Below are positions 1-8,549 of a stretch of 64,000 nt of DNA, in pieces. The stretch spans positions 40,012 through 104,011 of the forward strand of contig JACTMY010000017.1 of the NCBI GenBank assembly GCA_014584395.1, given 5' to 3'. A program made the position numbers and the translations under genes. The first letter of the stretch is position 1. The number at the start of each line of letters is the position of its first letter. The notes below the pieces were generated by a model. It searched no databases and was not told the DNA's origin. It saw only the letters and a program-made list of their open reading frames with translations. This DNA is from Planctomycetota bacterium (GTDB lineage Bacteria; Planctomycetota; Planctomycetia; Gemmatales; HRBIN36).

Positions 1-1073
1 TCAAGGCCCGCTCGCTGTTCATTTCCGTTTCCTTAGACAAGGAAGCGGTCTTCCTGGCTGAGGGCGTTTTTGCCGATGAGATGGACGCCATGAACGCCGC
101 GACGGCCGCCACCGGCCTGCTGGGGCTGGCCAAATTGAGCTTCCCCGCGCTCAGGAAAGAAGTGCAACAGCAACTCGTCGAAAATCCCGACTTTCCCGCG
201 GACCTGTACGACATCCTGCCCCGCGTGGAAAAGTATCTCAACGAACTGAAGCCCGTTGCCGAGGGGAACAAAGCCATCCTGAGCATCAAGACCGACTTGT
301 CCGTCGGCATGTTGTCCGGTCTCTCCGGGGTCGCCATCACGACTTTGGGCGCCAGTGCTTATGCCACGTTCGCTCAAGTGGGCGAAACCATTGGCGAAAA
401 AAAGGAGGAGGACCCTTCGCTACCCCGGCCCCAGGCAGGCAAGGCGTTCAAGCAATTGGCCAGCGCCTTGGAAAAATACCGGGAGGATCACGGCCACTAT
501 CCCGCGCCCGCCATCCTGTCCCCGGAAGGGAAGCCATTGCTCAGTTGGCGCGTGACCCTGTTGCCCTATCTGGGTCATGAAGATTTGTATTACGAATTCA
601 AGCTGAACGAGCCATGGAACAGCCGCCACAACAAGCAACTGATCGAGAAGATGCCCGACATGTACCGCATGGGGCGCTTTTACTCAAACCAAACCACCTG
701 CCGTCTCATCACGGGCGAGAAGGCGCCCTTCCAGGAAAAAGCCAAAACGGGTCCCCGGCTCCCTGACTTCAAGGACGGCGCGGCCCAAACGGCCTTGATC
801 GTGGAAGCCGACTTCCAAGTGACCTGGACCCGGCCGGAATCCTTGAAGCTGATTTCCCATTTCCCGCTGCCTCGAATGGGAGATGACCAGGTGATGCGCT
901 TTGGCGGCGCGGGTTCCGATTCAGAGAAATTGGAAGGTTTCTATGCCGTGATGGCCGACGGCGTGGTCCGCTTTTTTGACAAGAAGAGCGATCCGAAGAG
1001 CCGCATGGCGTTGTTCACGCACACGGGCGGAGAGACGCTTCCGGAGGACAAGCTCGGCAAGGTGGTCAAATAA
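1..1073 (+). CDS. DUF1559-like domain protein, 5'-partial (frame open to the window edge)
   Basis: The frame of the listed ORF (ATG 81) has no stop back to nt 3, so the gene probably starts upstream of the window. The C-terminal half has DUF1559 hallmarks (KPLLSWRVTLLPYLGHEDLYYEFKLNEPWNS, ...FYAVMADGVVRFF). There is no GF(T/S)LVE prepilin leader; a hydrophobic stretch VGMLSGLSGVAITTLGASAYATF precedes the domain. Confidence 0.6.
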   Translation, partial: KARSLFISVSLDKEAVFLAEGVFADEMDAMNAATAATGLLGLAKLSFPALRKEVQQQLVENPDFPADLYDILPRVEKYLNELKPVAEGNKAILSIKTDLSVGMLSGLSGVAITTLGASAYATFAQVGETIGEKKEEDPSLPRPQAGKAFKQLASALEKYREDHGHYPAPAILSPEGKPLLSWRVTLLPYLGHEDLYYEFKLNEPWNSRHNKQLIEKMPDMYRMGRFYSNQTTCRLITGEKAPFQEKAKTGPRLPDFKDGAAQTALIVEADFQVTWTRPESLKLISHFPLPRMGDDQVMRFGGAGSDSEKLEGFYAVMADGVVRFFDKKSDPKSRMALFTHTGGETLPEDKLGKVVK

Positions 1074-1316
1074 CGGCGGGCTGCAGGACCAGCCGGTGTG
1101 CCATCAATGGATCGGCTGTACAAGAAGGCGACACGTGGAAGGTCCATTGTCTGCTGGCTTTGGACAGAAACACGGCTGGTTGCTGACTTAGCATGTTGAC
1201 GCCCTTGGACGCGGCGGGGTGCCGTCGTAATGATTCATTGTTGTCGCCTATGTCTATGACACAGGCAGCAATCAATCGTGAGATGCTTGCCGGAGCGCAA
1301 ATAAACCTCAATCTAC

Positions 1317-1718
1317 TTATGGAAGCAGCCAGTCAACCAACCGCAGATTAGGGATGGACAGGAAATCATTCAAGTTGTGCGTCACCAAGGTAAGATCATG
1401 CACAAGAGCGACACTGGCGATCATTAAATCGATGCGGCTTACCGTGAGGCCGCGCTGCAAAATTTGACCGCGCAGCATGCCGAACTATCGAGCACAATCG
1501 ACATCAAAATCGAGGACATGGACATCAGGCAATAAATCTCGATCGATGCTCTGCAGTAATGGTTCAGGATGGGCACGCTGATAGGCCCAAACGAATAATT
1601 CGCCTAGGGTAATGGTTGAAATGCATAGACCGCCTGAAAACTGAACAAAGCGATGCATCAGGCCCGCTGGTCTTTTTAAATGAGCTGAGCAAATGTCGGT
1701 ATCCAAAAGGAAATTCAT
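1317..1718 (-). pseudogene. vapC: PIN-domain VapC toxin interrupted by one in-frame TAG (1485-1487)
   Basis: The N-terminal half is [14 protein letters not shown]...DFDVDCAR, then TAG. The same frame continues as [55 protein letters not shown] and stops at TAA 1317-1319. I translated this codon by codon. Confidence 0.75.
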
Positions 1719-1963
1719 TCGCTCAGTTCCCGTCGTTGGTCCTGATGACGTTCGTTGCGAAGTGCTTCGAGGATTTGATCATCCTCCGGGGTCCATTCAT
1801 TGGCTAATCGGCCCGCACAGCGCCGCCAGCCCTCCCCGGTCAACGTCGAGGAATTGTCAATCACGCGCACTTGAACCTCGACCATTTGGCCATCGCGAAG
1901 CCCCAGTTCCTCGGTGATTTGAATCATATTACCATGCACGGTTCCCTGTCGAATCAACTTCAT
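1715..1963 (-). CDS. putative antitoxin partner of VapC
   Basis: 82 aa from ATG 1963, with GGAG 7 nt upstream. Its stop overlaps the vapC start as ATGA (1715-1718). The N-terminus [32 protein letters not shown] resembles small beta-strand antitoxins. The 105-aa version on the ORF track has no RBS. Confidence 0.6.
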   Translation of the reverse strand: MKLIRQGTVHGNMIQITEELGLRDGQMVEVQVRVIDNSSTLTGEGWRRCAGRLANEWTPEDDQILEALRNERHQDQRRELSE

Positions 1964-2188
1964 TGAGGACTCCTTGAAAGCGCTTACCAGCCGTCTATGA
2001 CATTTTAACTCAAACCATGGGCATGGAGTCAATGAACCTTTGCTTTCCAGGAAACATGGATCATGACCCTAGACCATGTGATGACGCTGCGTGAAGTTTG
2101 ATCACTCTTCGATCCTCGTGGACGTGTTCGGTGATTCCCCGACGTTCGCTCTTGCCGGGGGATCGGACTCGACATAAACTGTTGATCG

Positions 2189-2369
2189 ATCAGGTGCCGC
2201 GGCTGGCTTCGACCGTCGAAGCCAGCGCGGAGAATAGGGAAAACGGTGCAAATCCGTTGCGGGGCCGCCGCTGTGATCGGCCAGGCCCGGGATCCCAACG
2301 CCACTGCCCCAAAAGGGTGGGAAGGCAGCCCGGGCCGTGAGGAGCCGAGAGCCAGAAGACCTGCCTGAT
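2189..2369 (+). promoter_or_regulatory. cobalamin (B12) riboswitch aptamer
   Basis: Conserved core: AGAAUAGGGAAAACGGUGCAAAUCCGUUGCGGGGCCGCCGCUGUGA, then CGCCACUGCCCCAAAAGGGUGGGAAGGC. The B12 box GCCAGAAGACCUGCC is at 2351-2365. P1 pairs AUCAGG (2189-2194) with CCUGAU (2364-2369). Confidence 0.85.
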
Positions 2370-2511
2370 TGTTCCTTCGGGGCTTCGGTCTCAAGCCATC
2401 GACAGGCCGCGGTTTGCTTGTCCTCATCCCCCTTCGGACGACAAGTTTCCTCGCTCCTGCCAGGCTAGCGAAGCCCCTTCTTCACCCTGCACCGGTGAAA
2501 GGAAGGTGGTC

Positions 2512-3345
2512 ATGGCAACCTGGCTGACTGTTTCTTTCGCTTCTCCCTCAAAACCTCCGAGACGCGCCGGTTTCTCCCTCGTGGAGTTGCTCGTCGTCTT
2601 CGCCATCATCACGGTACTGATCGGGCTGATGTTGCCCGCCATCCAGCGGGTGCGCGGCACCGTCGATGCCCTGATCTGCCAGCATCGCCTGCGGCAGATC
2701 GGACTGGCCTGCCACCATTACCACCTGGACATGGGGACTTTTCCGCCGGGCGGCATCGAATGGCGGCCCCCGGGGAACACCACGCGCCGGCAGCTTTCCT
2801 GGTGCGTCTTCATTCTCCCTTACCTCGAACAGGACCTCGTTTACCGCCAGTTGGACCTCAATCTGCCCTTTGACCATCCGGTCAACGCCCCGGCGGCGGC
2901 GACGGTGTTGTCGGTCTTTATCTGCCCCTCGTCTCGCCGCATGGAAAAATTGGTCCAGGGGCGCGGGGCTTGCGACTACGGCGGCATCTACGGCGAACGC
3001 ATCACCTCGCCCAACAACCCGCCCAAGGGGATGATGCTCTACGATCAGCCCGTGCGCATCGCCGAGGTGACGGATGGCCTGCTGACAACGCTGATGATTT
3101 CAGAAGACAGCGGCTGGAAAGATGGACAGTGGATCAACGGGCTGAACCTTTTTGACCAGGCCTATCCCATCAACCGCGCTCCCCCCTTCGAGAACGACAT
3201 TCGCAGCGACCATCCCGGCGGCGCGCATGGACTGTTCGCGGATGGGTCGGTCCGCTTCCTGCATCAAAACATGGCCTTGCCGGTGCTGGCGGCGATTTGC
3301 ACCCGCGCTCAGGGCGAGCCGATTTCTGTCGATGATCTCGATTGA
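2512..3345 (+). CDS. prepilin-type N-terminal cleavage/methylation domain + DUF1559, H-X9-DG protein
   Basis: The leader is ...RRAG/FSLVELLVVFAIITVLIGLMLPAIQ and the C-terminal motif is HPGGAHGLFADGSVRFL (H-X9-DG). ATG 2512 lies 6 nt after GAAAGGAAGG. The track start at 2506 is a GTG inside the SD. Confidence 0.85.
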   Translation: MATWLTVSFASPSKPPRRAGFSLVELLVVFAIITVLIGLMLPAIQRVRGTVDALICQHRLRQIGLACHHYHLDMGTFPPGGIEWRPPGNTTRRQLSWCVFILPYLEQDLVYRQLDLNLPFDHPVNAPAAATVLSVFICPSSRRMEKLVQGRGACDYGGIYGERITSPNNPPKGMMLYDQPVRIAEVTDGLLTTLMISEDSGWKDGQWINGLNLFDQAYPINRAPPFENDIRSDHPGGAHGLFADGSVRFLHQNMALPVLAAICTRAQGEPISVDDLD

Positions 3346-3508
3346 CCCGCGGTTCCTGTCTGGGGCTGGAGGGGAGGTCGCGTTCGGTCGCAGATCGGCG
3401 GCGGCATGGAGCAGTCGCCATCGAGCCACGATTGACCCGGCCTCCCTTCTCCTCCCGGACGAAGTTGTGGTTTCCTTGTCTTTCTGGTTGAACCTTTGAA
3501 AGGAGAGC

Positions 3509-4339
3509 ATGGTGCAGCGAAACTTGCTGATCGTTTGGATGTGGCTCCTCTCCGGTGCGGCGCCATTGTTGGCGCAGACGGCGGTTGTCGATTTCGAAGA
3601 CTTGAGCCTGCCTCCTGAATCGTTCTACAACGGTTCGGACTTCGCTGGAGGGTTCATCTCAAGGGGGGCTTTTTTCAACAATGATTACATCGACTTGGGC
3701 GGCGGGTTCGATGCCTGGAGCGGCTGGGCCTACTCCAACATGACCGACGTCGCGACGGCCGGCTTCATGAATCAATATAGCGCCTATCACCTGCCCGACG
3801 GCGGCGGCGACGGCTCAGCCCTCTTCGGCGTGGCTTTTTGTTTTGCGCCGGGAATCAGCCAAATCTGGCTCCCCGGTGATCTTCGTCCTTTGTCCTTGCG
3901 CATCACGAATACGACCTATGCCGCTCTGTCGATGCGGGACGGCGACAGCTTCGCCAAAAAGTTCGGAGGCCCTTCGGGGAATGATCCGGATTTCTTCCGC
4001 GTCATCATCGAGGGGCGCGATGCTTCCGACCAGAGCACCGGCAGCGTCGCTTTTTATCTGGCCGACTATCGCTTTGCCGACAACAGCCAGGATTACATCG
4101 TCAGCGAATGGACGACGGTGGATTTAACGGAGCTGGGCGACGCGACGAACCGGCTCCTCTTTGCGCTGGAATCCTCCGACGTGGGGGCGTTTGGCATCAA
4201 CACACCGACCTATTTTGCCATGGATAATTTGCTGGTCGCGGCGGTGCCCGAACCCGGCGGAGCGGCCTTCATCGCCATGGCAAGCGTGGTGGGATGGATG
4301 GGATGGCGGCGGAAAAAACGGCTGTCAAGGCCGGTTTGA
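3509..4339 (+). CDS. secreted PEP-CTERM-anchored protein, DUF4465-like
   Basis: Signal peptide MVQRNLLIVWMWLLSGAAPLLAQ. The C-terminus VPEPGGAAFIAMASVVGWMGWRRKKR is a PEP motif plus TM plus basic tail. The N-terminal pattern FEDLSL..ESFYNGSD..GGF...FFNN.Y......WSGWAYSNMTD recalls DUF4465. The RBS is AAAGGAGAG. Confidence 0.8.
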   Translation: MVQRNLLIVWMWLLSGAAPLLAQTAVVDFEDLSLPPESFYNGSDFAGGFISRGAFFNNDYIDLGGGFDAWSGWAYSNMTDVATAGFMNQYSAYHLPDGGGDGSALFGVAFCFAPGISQIWLPGDLRPLSLRITNTTYAALSMRDGDSFAKKFGGPSGNDPDFFRVIIEGRDASDQSTGSVAFYLADYRFADNSQDYIVSEWTTVDLTELGDATNRLLFALESSDVGAFGINTPTYFAMDNLLVAAVPEPGGAAFIAMASVVGWMGWRRKKRLSRPV

Positions 4340-4357
4340 CCTTTGCCTGGAGAATCG

Positions 4358-4385
4358 TTGAGATGGCTTGCAAAACGGGTATAAT
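4358..4385 (+). promoter_or_regulatory. candidate sigma70-type promoter (TTGAGA-16 nt-TATAAT)
   Basis: TTGAGA at 4358-4363 and TATAAT at 4380-4385, upstream of the DUF2617 gene. This is a motif match only. Confidence 0.3.
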
Positions 4386-4501
4386 TCGTGTATGCAGGAA
4401 AGCGCGTGGTCCGCCGCATTCCAGAAGAACAGGGGATGGGGCACGATGCTTGATCGACCGATAGGTGGAATGTGTTTCTGGTACGACCGTTTGTCGAGGA
4501 C

Positions 4502-5026
4502 ATGGTTTTTCAGTTGTACAGCCGGCCGCTGCACCCCGAGCTGTTCGACATCGTCGCGCGCCAGACCGTTCTGCGCAGCGATTTCCAGGCGCGCGTCCAC
4601 ATCACCCGCACCGGCCACATGATCCAATGGGTTTCCCGCGGCCGGGCCGAGGCGATTTATTTCACCGAAGTCGTGACGGCCGCGAATGAATCCCTGCCCC
4701 AGGGACATCTGGTGCATCACCGCTTTGGCCGCGATCATCACGCCCAGGTCAAGCATCTGCCCGGCGTGACCTATCAGGCGAGCTTCCAAAAGGAAACCCT
4801 GTCGCCCGCTCTCTTCGAATTGGTGCATGAGGAGCTGTTGGCCGATGGGCGGCGCCGGGGCTTCATCCACCACTTCCCGCATTATCAGCAGATGGGCCTG
4901 CCCGCCTTGGGCTTCGTGACGATGGACGGCCGGCCGGGGTGCCAGGTCATCCACGCCTTTCATACCTTTCCCGAAGAGTTGACGATCATCAAGTCGCAAT
5001 CGCTGATTGAAATCGCGCCGGCTTGA
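4502..5026 (+). CDS. DUF2617 family protein
   Basis: MVFQLYSRPLHPELFDI... matches my recollection of the DUF2617 N-terminus. The start is uncertain (GTG 4472 or ATG 4502). Confidence 0.6.
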   Translation: MVFQLYSRPLHPELFDIVARQTVLRSDFQARVHITRTGHMIQWVSRGRAEAIYFTEVVTAANESLPQGHLVHHRFGRDHHAQVKHLPGVTYQASFQKETLSPALFELVHEELLADGRRRGFIHHFPHYQQMGLPALGFVTMDGRPGCQVIHAFHTFPEELTIIKSQSLIEIAPA

Positions 5027-5053
5027 GGCGCGAACGGCCCCTTCCTTGAACCG

Positions 5054-5752
5054 TCATGGCCGAGGCAGGAGCAAGTCGCGGAGCTGCGCCACTTCGTAAA
5101 AAACGAGCGTCGGCTCGGCGGCCAGCGTCGCGGCGTGATCGAAACTGCCCCACAAGGCGGCGGCCGTTCGCGTTTTCGCGGCTCGACCCGCCAGGATGTC
5201 CGCTGGAGCGTCGCCGACGAACAACGTCGCCTCGGCGGGAACGTTCAACCGCTCCACCGCCTTCAGCACGCCTTCCGGATCGGGTTTCACCCGCGTGATG
5301 TCGTCGCTGCTGACCAGGCAGCGCAGGACGCCCGGCCAGAGCCCCAGCTCGCCGAGCGTGTATTCGGCGCCGCGCCGGCCTTTGCCCGTGAAGACGCCCA
5401 GAGGGACCCCGGCGCGGTGCAGGGTTTGGATCAGATCGATCATCCCGGGGAAGGCGCGGATCTGATCGTGGCCCCGCTCGTAAAACCGAAAGAAGCGTTC
5501 GACCGCCTGGTTGACCCGCTCGGGGTCCGTGGAGGTGAGCGTGCCGGCCTGTTCGGCCTGCTTCAGATAGCGGGCGATGCACTCGCGCTCGGCGGGGCCA
5601 AAGGTCGCCACCACCTCGGCGTTGCTCGGCAGGCGGCTGACGAAGGGGGCCACCGCATGGCGGAACGCATCGAAGAGAAACCCCATCGTGTCCACGATCG
5701 TGCCGTCCAGGTCGAACAGCACGGCTTCGGGGCGCGTCGGCGGCGCGGTCAT
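5054..5752 (-). CDS. HAD-superfamily hydrolase (phosphoglycolate phosphatase-like)
   Basis: Motif I is VLFDLDGTIVDT and motif IV is FVGDAPADILAGRAA. ATG 5752 is preceded by GGAGAG. The longer track ORF would overlap the upstream gene. Confidence 0.8.
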   Translation of the reverse strand: MTAPPTRPEAVLFDLDGTIVDTMGFLFDAFRHAVAPFVSRLPSNAEVVATFGPAERECIARYLKQAEQAGTLTSTDPERVNQAVERFFRFYERGHDQIRAFPGMIDLIQTLHRAGVPLGVFTGKGRRGAEYTLGELGLWPGVLRCLVSSDDITRVKPDPEGVLKAVERLNVPAEATLFVGDAPADILAGRAAKTRTAAALWGSFDHAATLAAEPTLVFYEVAQLRDLLLPRP

Positions 5753-5768
5753 GGATCGATCTCTCCAT

Positions 5769-7688
5769 TTAAAACGGCTGACCGGCGCGGCTGGGCGCTG
5801 GCAGCCAATGTTCATCCACGTCCAGGTCAGAGGCTTCCCATGCGGCCGGCCTCTCCTCCGGCTCGCCTTGCCAGAGCAGCGCGGCATGAGCACCCATCGC
5901 CCGCAACCAATCCGGCTCCAAGGCCTGACGCCACGGGCTGGCCAGCAACAGCAGCATCCGCTTGGCGCCCATGGGCCGTCCCGGTTGCATGGCGAAATAG
6001 CGGTCCAAATAAGTTGGCTGCATCATGCACGACGCCCAGAGATCTTGCAAGAGTTTCGCATCAAGCTGGCGCGGGTCGGCCAATGGCTCCAGGACCAGTT
6101 GCAGCGTGGTGAACGGATTGCGCTGCAAGAGCTGCTGAATGGCCAGCTTGAGCGTGGCGGCATGCCGATGCCATTCGCTGGCTTGAAACCACAGGGTGAA
6201 CACCTGGCTGCAGGAGTGCGTGAATCGCATCACGGACGCATGATCCAAATGAACCCGCAGTCCTTCGCAAAGCCCGCCGCGCCAGGCCGTTTCCGACTCG
6301 CCGTCTTGCCGCTGCCATGCATCGGGCAGCACCGGATCGGGCCAGCGATCCCACTCCAGCTCAAAACCATCCCTGGCGTCTTGCATCAATTGATACAAAT
6401 CTTCCTTGCGCAGCGTGGGCGTTTGTTGCACGTAATAGGGGGGCCGGGGCTGATACCTCAATCCCAGGGAAGCCGCCTCCTGGCGAAACGCCGTCCCGGG
6501 CAGGATGGCCAGGTTGAAGACTTGCACGTCGTCATACAGTTGCTGTTCGCGCAGGTAGTCCATGCCGCGCAGGACGGAACCGACCGTGTCCCCGGGCAGG
6601 CCGATGATGAGGTCGACCTTGACGCGAATGCCCTCCGCACGCATGGCCCGGATGCCGCGCTCGACGGCGTGGAGGGCGTTGTTGCGATCCATCAGGCGCA
6701 TCGCCTGGGGGTCGATGGATTGCAGTCCGACTTCGACCTCGGTGAAATGAGCTTGCCTGAGCAGCTTGGCGGTGTGCGGGGTAATGCCTTCGGCGCGCAG
6801 CTCGCCAAAGTAGGTGAATTGCCGATCCGGGTTGCATCGCGCCAGGAGGGCGACGAAGTCATCGAAGCGCCGCCCCTGATTCAGCGTCGGATCGAGGAGG
6901 ACCACCTCCCGGACGCCCTTGCGGCGCGCATATTCCAGATTGGCGACGATCTTTTCCTCGGAGACGAAGGCGAGGTCGTCGTAGCTCTTCGGATAGTAGC
7001 AAAACTTGCATTTGAAGACGCAGCCGCGGAGCGTCTCCAGCAGCATCATGTTCTCCTCGGCGGCGTCGATCAGGCCGGCGAGATAAGGCGAGGATATGAC
7101 GTCGAGATCTTTGAGCGGCTGGCGAAAGGCGGGCAGCGCAGGGACGGCTGCGAGGGGCAATCCCAGCCGGCTCGGCGCGCGGGCGGCGGCATCGCCGCAG
7201 GACGCCGCGAAGGATTGGTATAACCCCGGCACGTCGACGCGCCGGCCAGGCTCCGAGCGCCAGGCCGCGAGGAATTCCGCGAAGGTTTGCTCTCCTTCGC
7301 CAATGGCGGCCAGATCCGCGGCGGGATGGTCCAAGACCCAGCGATTGTCGACGGTGATCTCCGGCCCGCCCAGGATGATCCAGACGCCGGGGCGGTGTTT
7401 CTTGATTTCGTTGGCGATCCAGAGCGTGCGGTCGATGTTCCAGAGATAACAGCTAAAGCCCACCATCCAGGGGCGTTCGGCCAGGAGCGCATTGACCAAT
7501 TCGTGGTCGCCCAGGGTGTTGGTCAAGGGGGTGGGAAAGAGGCGGAGATCATAGAGGTCGCCCAATCCCTGCTGCTCGGCGTACATCTTGAGGTAGCCGG
7601 CCGCGAGCGGCACGTTGCCGGCGAGGCGGCCCGGCCCCAGCGGGGGGATCGGGAGCTGGACCAGCAACACGCGACGACGATCCAGCAT
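5769..7688 (-). CDS. B12-binding-domain radical SAM protein
   Basis: The N-terminus has a Rossmann-like B12-binding region (VLLVQLP...MVGFSCYLWN...IILGGPE). The CX3CX2C motif is RGCVFKCKFCYY. There is a long C-terminal extension. Confidence 0.85.
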   Translation of the reverse strand: MLDRRRVLLVQLPIPPLGPGRLAGNVPLAAGYLKMYAEQQGLGDLYDLRLFPTPLTNTLGDHELVNALLAERPWMVGFSCYLWNIDRTLWIANEIKKHRPGVWIILGGPEITVDNRWVLDHPAADLAAIGEGEQTFAEFLAAWRSEPGRRVDVPGLYQSFAASCGDAAARAPSRLGLPLAAVPALPAFRQPLKDLDVISSPYLAGLIDAAEENMMLLETLRGCVFKCKFCYYPKSYDDLAFVSEEKIVANLEYARRKGVREVVLLDPTLNQGRRFDDFVALLARCNPDRQFTYFGELRAEGITPHTAKLLRQAHFTEVEVGLQSIDPQAMRLMDRNNALHAVERGIRAMRAEGIRVKVDLIIGLPGDTVGSVLRGMDYLREQQLYDDVQVFNLAILPGTAFRQEAASLGLRYQPRPPYYVQQTPTLRKEDLYQLMQDARDGFELEWDRWPDPVLPDAWQRQDGESETAWRGGLCEGLRVHLDHASVMRFTHSCSQVFTLWFQASEWHRHAATLKLAIQQLLQRNPFTTLQLVLEPLADPRQLDAKLLQDLWASCMMQPTYLDRYFAMQPGRPMGAKRMLLLLASPWRQALEPDWLRAMGAHAALLWQGEPEERPAAWEASDLDVDEHWLPAPSRAGQPF

Positions 7689-7706
7689 GATGCTCCCGAA
7701 CCTTGA

Positions 7707-8432
7707 TTACGCCTTCGATTCGACCGGGGCCGACAAAGGCAAACGAATGGAAAACTTGGTCCCGCGGCCCGGCTCGCTTTGCACCTGGATGCGGCCGCCG
7801 TGCGCTTCGATGATTTTCTTGAGCGTGGGCAGACCCAGGCCGCAGCCCCCGGTTCGCGTCGTGAAGAACGGTTCGAAGATGCGCTGCTGGACCTCGGGGC
7901 TCATGCCCATGCCGGTGTCGATGAAGTGCAGCTCGACGCCTTCATCCCCCTCCAGCCGGCTGGCTTGGATCGTCAGCGTGCCCCCGTGCGGCATTGCCTG
8001 TACGGCGTTGAGCAGCAAGTTAAGCATGCCCTGCTTGAGCAGCTCGCGATCGAGCCTGATCCGCGGCAGATCGGGGGGAACGAACGTCTTGATGTCGATG
8101 TTGGCCTGCCGGGCGCTCGGGCCGTAAAAGTGGACGACGTCGTCCACGAGTTGATTCAGGTCCGTCTCGGCCAACTGCAGTTCACGCAGCTTGGCGAAGC
8201 GCAGAAAGTCGTTGGAGAGATCGGCGAGCCGCTGGCATTCCAACTGCAGCTTCAGCGTGCGCTGCAAGGCGCGATGTTCCTTGGGCGTGTCGGCGGGGCT
8301 GAGGTCCTCGGCCAGAAGCTGCAGGTTGATGCTGAGCGTGCTGATGTGGTTCTTGATTTCATGGATGAGCTGGCCGGCCAGTTGAGCCAACTCGGCGTAG
8401 GCGTCCGATCGCTGCGTCCCAGAAGCACTCAT
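7707..8432 (-). CDS. soluble histidine kinase core (DHp + HATPase only, no sensor domain)
   Basis: H-box LIHEIKNHISTL; N/G boxes LLLNAVQAMP, FIDTGMGM, GGCGLGLPTLKKIIEAHGG. No TM or PAS/GAF region, and no adjacent response regulator. Confidence 0.8.
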   Translation of the reverse strand: MSASGTQRSDAYAELAQLAGQLIHEIKNHISTLSINLQLLAEDLSPADTPKEHRALQRTLKLQLECQRLADLSNDFLRFAKLRELQLAETDLNQLVDDVVHFYGPSARQANIDIKTFVPPDLPRIRLDRELLKQGMLNLLLNAVQAMPHGGTLTIQASRLEGDEGVELHFIDTGMGMSPEVQQRIFEPFFTTRTGGCGLGLPTLKKIIEAHGGRIQVQSEPGRGTKFSIRLPLSAPVESKA

Positions 8433-8549
8433 GCGTCACCTCGGCGAGAGGGATCGCCGTTCCGATCCGCGCTCGCGGGCCGCCGGATCGCAGACGCCGA
8501 TCCGGCGGACGGGCCAGGGGGTCGTCCAGGAGGGAGAGGCCGGCTCAGG

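Noticed and set aside
4325-4999. 224-aa minus-strand ORF overlapping the DUF2617 gene
   Set aside because: It has no recognisable domain or RBS. The plus-strand product begins with the conserved LYSRPLHPELF-type N-terminus.
5135-7223. Plus-strand ORFs 5135-6112 and 5577-7223
   Set aside because: They are antisense to the HAD hydrolase and radical SAM genes and have no motifs.
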